A program made the position numbers and the translations under genes. From positions 32,001 to 96,000 of the IMG/VR virus record IMGVR_UViG_3300033076_001039: DNA of 64,000 nucleotides. One strand, given 5' to 3'. This stretch comes from a virus. Taxonomy: Duplodnaviria > Caudoviricetes. The notes beneath the pieces are model-generated. The model had not been told where the DNA came from, searched no databases, and worked only from the letters and a program-made list of their open reading frames with translations. Positions 57,493 through 64,000 of this stretch are shown piece by piece. How positions within the stretch are numbered: the stretch's first letter is position 1; every line of letters starts with the position of its first letter.

Positions 57493-58477
57493 AATCTTTG
57501 AAGAAGAAATTCCAAAATTACAAGAAGGTCAGATATTAGTTGCAATGAAATCAGTTGGGATTTGTGGTTCCGACATGCATTACTTTAAAGAAGGTGGTTT
57601 AGGTTCATTTAAGAATCCACTACCTATGTATATGGGACATGAACCTGCAGGTGTTGTAGTTGATTCAAATGGGTCAACAAAATTTAATGATGGTGATAGA
57701 GTTGCAGTTGAGCCAGGTATGCCATGTGTAACATCCTATTGGTCTTTAAAAGGAAAACATAACCTTTGTGAAAAAGGTACATTCATGGGGGCAAACGCTC
57801 AAGGAGCATTTGCTGACTACGTAATTGTTGAAGAATTACAATTAGTTAAAATCCCTGATTCGATGTCATTTAATTTAGCAAGTTTGTTGGAACCGTTAGG
57901 AGTATGTCTTCACACCGCAAACTTAATTGAACCTAAATTTACCGAATCTGCAACAATATTTGGAGCAGGTCCTATTGGACTTTGTATGTTCTCAATACTC
58001 AAAAAAATGGGATTAAAGGACATTTACATGATAGACAAACTACCATATAGAGTTGATTTTGCCAAAAAATTTGGTGCAACTGAATCATTTTTATTAGCAG
58101 ATGATTATAACAAAAAAATCAAAGAACTTAGTCATGGTATGGGTACTACTATTACTGTAGATACTGGTGGTACCGTTGAATCAATTGATGGGTGTATTAA
58201 TGTTGCATCAGTTAATGGTAAAGTTGCACTAATCGGTATTCCTGAATCTGATTTTGTTTCTTACAATCCACATAGAATGAGGACTAAGGAATTAACAATT
58301 AAGAATGTTAGAAGGTCAAATCAAACCTTAGACGATTGTGTTAAACAATACACAGGAGATACCGAAATTGAGGGTATAGTTTCGCATGAATTTAAATTTG
58401 AAGATATTCAAAAGGCCTTTGATTTAGTTGCCGACTATGGTGACCAAGTATTAAAATGTATTATAAAAAACAACTAA
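57449..58477 (+). CDS. Zn-dependent medium-chain sugar/polyol dehydrogenase
   Basis: GICGSDMH, GHEPAG, LEPLGV, GAGPIG. Confidence 0.88.
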   Translation: MKNRVAKLTAIRKIEIFEEEIPKLQEGQILVAMKSVGICGSDMHYFKEGGLGSFKNPLPMYMGHEPAGVVVDSNGSTKFNDGDRVAVEPGMPCVTSYWSLKGKHNLCEKGTFMGANAQGAFADYVIVEELQLVKIPDSMSFNLASLLEPLGVCLHTANLIEPKFTESATIFGAGPIGLCMFSILKKMGLKDIYMIDKLPYRVDFAKKFGATESFLLADDYNKKIKELSHGMGTTITVDTGGTVESIDGCINVASVNGKVALIGIPESDFVSYNPHRMRTKELTIKNVRRSNQTLDDCVKQYTGDTEIEGIVSHEFKFEDIQKAFDLVADYGDQVLKCIIKNN

Positions 58478-58478
58478 T

Positions 58479-59087
58479 ATGAAATTAAATTTAGATTATA
58501 CAGGCGACCCAAGATGGGATGATATGTCAAGAGAACATAGGGAGACATCATCTTTACCCAATCTATTTTTAGATATTTTATACAAATATCAAAATGAAAT
58601 ACCAAACTTACAAGATATTAGTTTTGCCGTTGAGACGGGAACTCATGATGCAAGAACTTCAAAGTTTTTAGCAGAACATTTTGATGTTGTGTTTACGATT
58701 GAGTTATTCCCTGACAAGAATCCTTATGATGGTAAAACTTTCAGAGAGTTGTATGAAGAAATAAATAAGACTTATGAAAATCTTACATTCTTATTTGGAG
58801 ATTCAAGGGACGTATTAGGGACTGTTTTGTCTGAATTACCTGATGAAAGATTCTTCATTCTTTTAGATGCTCACTCAATGTTAGACGGACCATTAAAACA
58901 CGAATTAGAACTTATCAAAAATTCAAGTAATAGAAATGACCATGTAATTTTAGTTGACGATTGTCGTGATTTGGGTCAGGGAGAATATCCAACATTAGAT
59001 GAATTTACAGAACTGATAAAATCAATAAATCCTAATTATACAATTAAAAATACTTTAGTTGGTAATCACGTATATCTAATTTATTAA
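58479..59087 (+). CDS. Putative SAM-dependent methyltransferase
   Basis: VETGT, TIEL, GDS, LLDAH, ILVDD pattern. Confidence 0.6.
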   Translation: MKLNLDYTGDPRWDDMSREHRETSSLPNLFLDILYKYQNEIPNLQDISFAVETGTHDARTSKFLAEHFDVVFTIELFPDKNPYDGKTFRELYEEINKTYENLTFLFGDSRDVLGTVLSELPDERFFILLDAHSMLDGPLKHELELIKNSSNRNDHVILVDDCRDLGQGEYPTLDEFTELIKSINPNYTIKNTLVGNHVYLIY

Positions 59088-59088
59088 T

Positions 59089-60024
59089 ATGAAAAAATTT
59101 ATAGTAACCACAACAATTAATGAACCAACAGAAGCAACCCTTAAGTTTGGAGATATTGCAGATAAAAAAGATTTCACATTTGTAGTTGTTGGAGATTTAA
59201 AGACTCCACATCACATGTACGAGTATTTAGAAAAACACTACAAGAACTTTATTTATTTACACCCTGACAAACAAACAGAATTATATCCTGAACTATCTGA
59301 AATAATCGGATGGAGAACAATCCAAAGAAGAAATATTGGATTTGTTTATGCTTATCAACAAGGAGCTGAAATTATTGCAACCGTGGATGATGATAATATC
59401 CCATATGATAGTTGGGGTGATAATATCATGTTAGGTCAAGAAATTGAAGTTGATGAATATGAAAACACTTCTTGCCCTTATTTCGATGCAATTTCAACTA
59501 CAGAACACAATGATTTATGGCATAGAGGATTCCCAATCGAATACCTTCAAGTAAAAAATAATATTGAATACAAAGGTAAGACAAAAATTAAACCTTTGGT
59601 CCAAGCAGAATTTTGGGACGGTGACCCAGATATTGATGCAATTTGTAGATTAAGTAAAAAACCAATTGTTAAGTTCAAACCATTTGAACCGTTCACAACA
59701 AAACAATTAACACCATTTAATTCACAAAACACATTTATCCATAGAAGTGTTTTAAAATACTACACAGTGTTTCCATACACAGGTAGAATGGACGACATAT
59801 GGGGCGCATATGTTATGCAACACCACTTCCCTAACTCCGTTATGTTTACAAAAGCATCTGTTTATCAGGCAAGAAATCCACAAGATTTAGTGAAGAATTT
59901 AGAAAATGAAGTAATCGGATATAGAGGTACTTTACCTTTATTGGAGAATTTACATAATTACAGGGATTTACTTCCTGAAAAAACTGTCGAATATTTTGAC
60001 ATATACCAAAAATATTTTAACTAA
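59089..60024 (+). CDS. STELLO/DUF288-like (GT75/RGP-related) glycosyltransferase or mutase
   Basis: IVTTTINEPT, VVVGDLKTP, RRNIGFVYA, DDDN, DPDIDAI, PFNSQNT, RMDDIWG. Confidence 0.75.
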   Translation: MKKFIVTTTINEPTEATLKFGDIADKKDFTFVVVGDLKTPHHMYEYLEKHYKNFIYLHPDKQTELYPELSEIIGWRTIQRRNIGFVYAYQQGAEIIATVDDDNIPYDSWGDNIMLGQEIEVDEYENTSCPYFDAISTTEHNDLWHRGFPIEYLQVKNNIEYKGKTKIKPLVQAEFWDGDPDIDAICRLSKKPIVKFKPFEPFTTKQLTPFNSQNTFIHRSVLKYYTVFPYTGRMDDIWGAYVMQHHFPNSVMFTKASVYQARNPQDLVKNLENEVIGYRGTLPLLENLHNYRDLLPEKTVEYFDIYQKYFN

Positions 60025-61106
60025 TGAAAAGAGTAGTAGTATTAGGCGGGGGAGGGTTCATAGGTGGACACCTCGCAAAAAGATTAAAAGATGAAGGAAA
60101 TCACGTTAGAATATGTGATATAAAAAAACACGAATATTTTCCACATGAAGAAATATGTCATGAGTTTATCTTAGGTGATTTAACAGACCCTAAAGTGGTT
60201 GAGTTAGTAATTGAAGATGGTGTTGATGAGGTTTACCAATTAGCCGCAGATATGGGTGGAGCACTTTATATCTTTACTGGTGAAAATGACGCAAACGTAA
60301 TGTACAACTCAGCAACAATTAACCTTAACGTTGTTCATGAATGTGTTAAAAAGAAAGTTAAGAAAGTATTCTACTCTTCTTCTGCATGTATGTATCCTGA
60401 GCACAATCAACTTGACCCATTAAACCCTAACTGTGAAGAATCTTCAGCATACCCTGCAAATCCTGATTCAGAATATGGATGGGAAAAATTATTCTCTGAA
60501 AGATTATTTTTAGCATTTAATAGAAATTATGGGTTAGATGTTAGAGTTGCAAGATTCCATAACATTTTTGGACCTCAGGGAACTTGGACAGGGGGTAGAG
60601 AAAAATCACCAGCGGCAATGTGTAGAAAAGCCGCAGAAACTGAAGATGGTGGTGTAATTGAAGTTTGGGGTAATGGTTTACAAACTCGTTCATTCTTATA
60701 CGTTGATGAATGTGTTGAGGCAGTATTAAGATTAATGGATAGTGATTTTGTTGGACCTGTTAATATTGGTTCTGAAGAGATGGTAACCATTAACCAATTA
60801 GCATCAATGGCAATTAACATTTCAGGGAAAAATATTTCAATTCAAAATATTGAAGGTGATGAGTTTGTTGAAAAATACGGATTTAAATGTCCTTTAGGTG
60901 TTAAAGGTCGTAATTCAGATAATAAGTTATATAAAGAAAAAGTAGGATGGGAAGTAAACCAACCTTTATCGGTAGGACTTCAAAAAACTTACGAGTGGAT
61001 TTCAGAACAAGTCGCAAATAAGAAATGGATATATGAGAGTCCTGATAAGGGAGAATCAATTTATCGTAGAGGAATTTCTGAAACTAAAAGAGAAAAAATT
61101 AAATAA
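60024..61106 (+). CDS. NAD-dependent epimerase, GDP-mannose 3,5-epimerase-like
   Basis: GGGGFIG, LAADMGG, YSSSACMYP, YGWEK, GGREKSPAAMCRK, GVKGRNSDN. Confidence 0.85.
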   Translation: MKRVVVLGGGGFIGGHLAKRLKDEGNHVRICDIKKHEYFPHEEICHEFILGDLTDPKVVELVIEDGVDEVYQLAADMGGALYIFTGENDANVMYNSATINLNVVHECVKKKVKKVFYSSSACMYPEHNQLDPLNPNCEESSAYPANPDSEYGWEKLFSERLFLAFNRNYGLDVRVARFHNIFGPQGTWTGGREKSPAAMCRKAAETEDGGVIEVWGNGLQTRSFLYVDECVEAVLRLMDSDFVGPVNIGSEEMVTINQLASMAINISGKNISIQNIEGDEFVEKYGFKCPLGVKGRNSDNKLYKEKVGWEVNQPLSVGLQKTYEWISEQVANKKWIYESPDKGESIYRRGISETKREKIK

Positions 61107-61855
61107 TGGCAAAACCAACAAGAAAGTCACCAACGCCAACACCTTCTTTACAAGAAGAGAGACAGGCAAAAACAAAGAAAGAAATAATTTGTTCAATCAT
61201 TAAAAGAAAAACCAAAGAAAAGTTTTTAACTCAGACACAGAAAAATTATTATGATGTGTTAACGTCAAGTGAGGTGACTATTTGTTCAGGACCTGCGGGC
61301 GTGGGTAAAAGTTATATCACGATGAAAGCTGCGGTTGATTTATTAGCAGACCCTAACACACCTTACGAAAAAATTATTATTGTAAGACCCGCGGTTGAAG
61401 CGGAAGAAAAGTTAGGTAGTTTACCTGGTAATGTTGAGGAGAAATTAGACCCTTATATCTTCCCATCATATTATCTTTTGAATAAAATTATTGGGAAAGA
61501 AGCGAGAGAAAAATTAAAAGATTTAGAAATTATTGAGGTTTTTGCATTAGCATTCATGAGAGGTATGAACATCGACAATTCAATTTTAATCTTTGAGGAG
61601 GGTCAAAATGCAACACCAAGTCAAATGAAATTATTATTGACAAGAATTGGGTTTAATAGTAAATTTTTCATCTCGGGAGATGTTGAGCAATCCGATAGAT
61701 ACAAAAATAAAACACATAGTGGTCTATGGGATGCTATTGAGAAATTTAGAGACTCAAGTGTGATTTCAACTTTCGAATTTAAAGACAAAAAAGATATTGT
61801 AAGGAATCCATTGATTACTAAAATTTTACAGAAATACGATAACGAAATAGAATGA
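61106..61855 (+). CDS. phoH: PhoH-family ATPase
   Basis: GPAGVGKS, RPAVE, LGSLPG, FMRG, EEGQN, GDVEQSD, VRNP. Confidence 0.93.
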   Translation: MAKPTRKSPTPTPSLQEERQAKTKKEIICSIIKRKTKEKFLTQTQKNYYDVLTSSEVTICSGPAGVGKSYITMKAAVDLLADPNTPYEKIIIVRPAVEAEEKLGSLPGNVEEKLDPYIFPSYYLLNKIIGKEAREKLKDLEIIEVFALAFMRGMNIDNSILIFEEGQNATPSQMKLLLTRIGFNSKFFISGDVEQSDRYKNKTHSGLWDAIEKFRDSSVISTFEFKDKKDIVRNPLITKILQKYDNEIE

Positions 61856-62448
61856 GAATAGGTATAGAATTAAATGGTGTTTTACGAGACACTTTAAAAA
61901 AAATCCAACAGGAATACGAAAAATGGTATTTAGACAATCCATTTAAAGAAGATGAGGAGAAATCTCATTATGAGGTAATATCCGATTTAACTTCTTTGGA
62001 TATTATGTCTCATCTTAAATTTAAAGATGAGGATGAGTTATATAATTTTTTATATAAAGAACATACTATGGAAATTTTTGGTCATGCTGGTTCGGTAGAA
62101 ACTTCAAGTATGATGGATTTTAATAATTTTTATTTAGATATGAGAGACAAACACGATATTCTAATTGTATCGGATGAGATGGGTAAGTCAAAACCAGCGT
62201 CATTATTTTTCATATCTAAATTTGGGTGTTTAGTAGAAACAGTTAAATTTTATAGTGAATCTACAATAAATTCTCTTTGGGACTCTGTAGACGTTTTACT
62301 TACGGCGAATCCTAAACTATTATTAGATTATCCAAAAGAAAAAACAATTATAAAATATGAAACCTCATATAATAAAGAAATTGAGGTTGAACATTTTATA
62401 ACAACATTAAAAGAATTAAATAATAAAATAACAGAACTATATGATTAA
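61852..62448 (+). CDS. 5'(3')-deoxyribonucleotidase-like HAD protein with degenerate catalytic motifs
   Basis: MRIGIELNGVLRD in place of IGIDxDGVL. LLTANP in place of LIDD. SYNK near the C-terminus. Confidence 0.55.
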   Translation: MRIGIELNGVLRDTLKKIQQEYEKWYLDNPFKEDEEKSHYEVISDLTSLDIMSHLKFKDEDELYNFLYKEHTMEIFGHAGSVETSSMMDFNNFYLDMRDKHDILIVSDEMGKSKPASLFFISKFGCLVETVKFYSESTINSLWDSVDVLLTANPKLLLDYPKEKTIIKYETSYNKEIEVEHFITTLKELNNKITELYD

Positions 62449-62725
62449 CGTATTAGGAGAAAATTATTATATCGATTTAGACAAAGTAGAAGAATATCTC
62501 GATATGTCATCACAATATGAAGATGACGAAACAGTGTCGGGGTCTACCGAAATGAAAATCAATATTGTAAAATTTGAAATGGTTAAAATGTTAATGGACA
62601 CTATTTTAACTGAACATGAAGACATTGATGAAAAATTAGCAATGAAGTCAAGTACAAACACTAGCATACCTTTTAGGTTGGCTTTCAACAGCTTATTAAA
62701 TAAAAAACTTATAAATTATTATTAA
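62441..62725 (+). CDS. Hypothetical protein
   Basis: 94-aa ORF overlapping the upstream stop. Confidence 0.7.
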   Translation: MINVLGENYYIDLDKVEEYLDMSSQYEDDETVSGSTEMKINIVKFEMVKMLMDTILTEHEDIDEKLAMKSSTNTSIPFRLAFNSLLNKKLINYY

Positions 62726-62726
62726 T

Positions 62727-63779
62727 ATGGACGCATCGTTAAACGAAAAAGTAAAAGAATCAATTAAAAATCTTAGGGATAAGAAATCAAGAATTTATTT
62801 CTTAGTTCAAGACACTAAAGGAAATGCGAAAGCATCTGTTAGATTTATTTATCAGATGGCAAAAACTTTATTAGACTCTGGGTTTAATCCAATTATCCTT
62901 CATGAGAAAAATGACTACGCAGGAGTTGTTGCATGGATGGATGAAGAATATATGTCAATTCCACATAAATCTATTGAAGGTCAAAATTTAGAAATTTCAC
63001 CTGAAGACTTTATCGTTATTCCTGAACTTTTTGGGTATATCATGGAACAAATCAAAAATTTACCTTGTGGTAAAATTGTATTAACACAAAACTACTCTTA
63101 CATTGTTGAGACACTTCAGCCAGGTCAAAATTGGGCTCAGTATGGTTTCTTCAAATGTATTACTACAACAACAAAACAACAAGAATATATTGAAAATGTT
63201 ATGAGGCAAAGTAGTTTTGATATTGTTAAACCATTAATTACTGATAGTTTTTACCCTAAGGAATTACCTGCAATGCCAATTATTGGTATTCACACTAAAG
63301 AACAATCAGACGCAATTAATATCATCAAAACTTTCTACCTTAAATTCCCACAATACCGTTGGTTCACATTTAGAGATTTAAGAGGTCTGTCTGAAAAGGA
63401 ATTCGCAAACTCATTAAGAGATTGTTTTGTTAGTGTATGGATGGATGAACAAAGTGGTTTTGGTACATTCCCATTAGAGTCCATGGCGTCAGGAGTTCCT
63501 GTAATTGGTAAAGTACCTTACTTACAACCTGAGTGGATGAATGAAGACAATGGTGTGTGGTTAACCGACCCAAATATGATGTGTGATTTCATTGCAGACT
63601 TTATCCAAAATTGGTTAGAGGATAACATCAAACCTGAGTTGTATGAGAACATGAAAAAAACAGCTGAAAAATATACAAATAAACAAGAATTTGACTCAAC
63701 AGTTATTACCTTATTTGAAGAATACTTAAACGTTAGAGCAAATTCATTTGAAGAACAAATTTCTAAAACCGAAGAATAA
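62727..63779 (+). CDS. GT-B fold glycosyltransferase-like protein
   Basis: IVIPE, GFGTFPLESMASGVPVIG. Confidence 0.72.
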   Translation: MDASLNEKVKESIKNLRDKKSRIYFLVQDTKGNAKASVRFIYQMAKTLLDSGFNPIILHEKNDYAGVVAWMDEEYMSIPHKSIEGQNLEISPEDFIVIPELFGYIMEQIKNLPCGKIVLTQNYSYIVETLQPGQNWAQYGFFKCITTTTKQQEYIENVMRQSSFDIVKPLITDSFYPKELPAMPIIGIHTKEQSDAINIIKTFYLKFPQYRWFTFRDLRGLSEKEFANSLRDCFVSVWMDEQSGFGTFPLESMASGVPVIGKVPYLQPEWMNEDNGVWLTDPNMMCDFIADFIQNWLEDNIKPELYENMKKTAEKYTNKQEFDSTVITLFEEYLNVRANSFEEQISKTEE

Positions 63780-63780
63780 T

Positions 63781-64000
63781 ATGAATACTAAATTATCACT
63801 ATCCGTAATTTTACCAATTAAATCGTCTAAAGCTAGAAACTTTGACGAATATTTTGAAAAAGCAATTACATCTATTAAAACACAGACCGTAGGTATTGAA
63901 GAATTGATTATCGTACATTCTTCTGAAGAAACTTTAGTAAATTTTTTGAATGACTACGATTTTGAATCCCTGAATGTTGTTAAATTATTGTGGGATAAAG
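63781..64000 (+). CDS. GT2 glycosyltransferase, truncated at the window end
   Basis: Translated by hand: MNTKLSLSVILPIKSS...FEKAITSIKTQT...ELIIV, a GT2-type N-terminus. Frame is open to 64000. Confidence 0.65.
   Translation, partial: MNTKLSLSVILPIKSSKARNFDEYFEKAITSIKTQTVGIEELIIVHSSEETLVNFLNDYDFESLNVVKLLWDK

Noticed and set aside
22813-61106. Eukaryotic giant virus (NCLDV) origin suggested by the GT60, GME-like, STELLO-like and SNF2 genes
   Set aside because: Contractile tail genes, overlapping operonic ORFs and intrinsic terminators point to a bacteriophage.
1317-62688. Other short ORFs in the track nested within or antisense to long genes
   Set aside because: They overlap well-supported genes entirely and show no recognisable motifs.
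1-64000. Stop-codon reassignment, tRNA genes, integrase or transposase
   Set aside because: Genes are intact and densely packed under the standard code. No cloverleaf or mobile-element gene was recognised by eye in the short intergenic gaps; tRNAscan was not run.
43978-64000. Glycosyltransferases as a DNA hypermodification system
   Set aside because: No hydroxymethylase, thymidylate synthase-like or TET/JBP gene is in the window, and the GT families are surface-glycan types. Not fully excluded for individual GT-B genes.

Overview
This AT-rich, gene-dense window appears to come from a large contractile-tailed (myovirus, jumbo-type) dsDNA phage. The near absence of Shine-Dalgarno motifs suggests a Bacteroidota host (inference). 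1-22.8 kb, mostly minus strand: tail and baseplate module with a 2450-aa hub-like protein, a LysM/gp53-like wedge protein, a 1674-aa tube-initiator-like protein containing an OmpA-like insert, a tape measure, a gp26/gp51-like chaperone pair, tube, sheath and neck proteins. 22.8-30.4 kb: SNF2 helicase, an Fe/Mn-SOD fusion, a neck protein and a family B DNA polymerase. 30.4-41.1 kb: four glycosyltransferase genes, including a GT60 polypeptide GlcNAc-transferase, directly downstream of modular Thr/Pro-rich mucin-like proteins and a LamG-like protein. This is the best candidate for an undescribed system, a phage-encoded mucin-type O-glycosylation locus. 41.1-43.9 kb: hypotheticals and a stand-alone WYL protein. 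44-64 kb: an operon of about 20 kb for nucleotide-sugar and glycan modification that also carries dut, nadE and phoH. A sense-strand TATTTAT motif recurs upstream of mostly structural genes. All assignments come from reading motifs by eye; no database searches were run.
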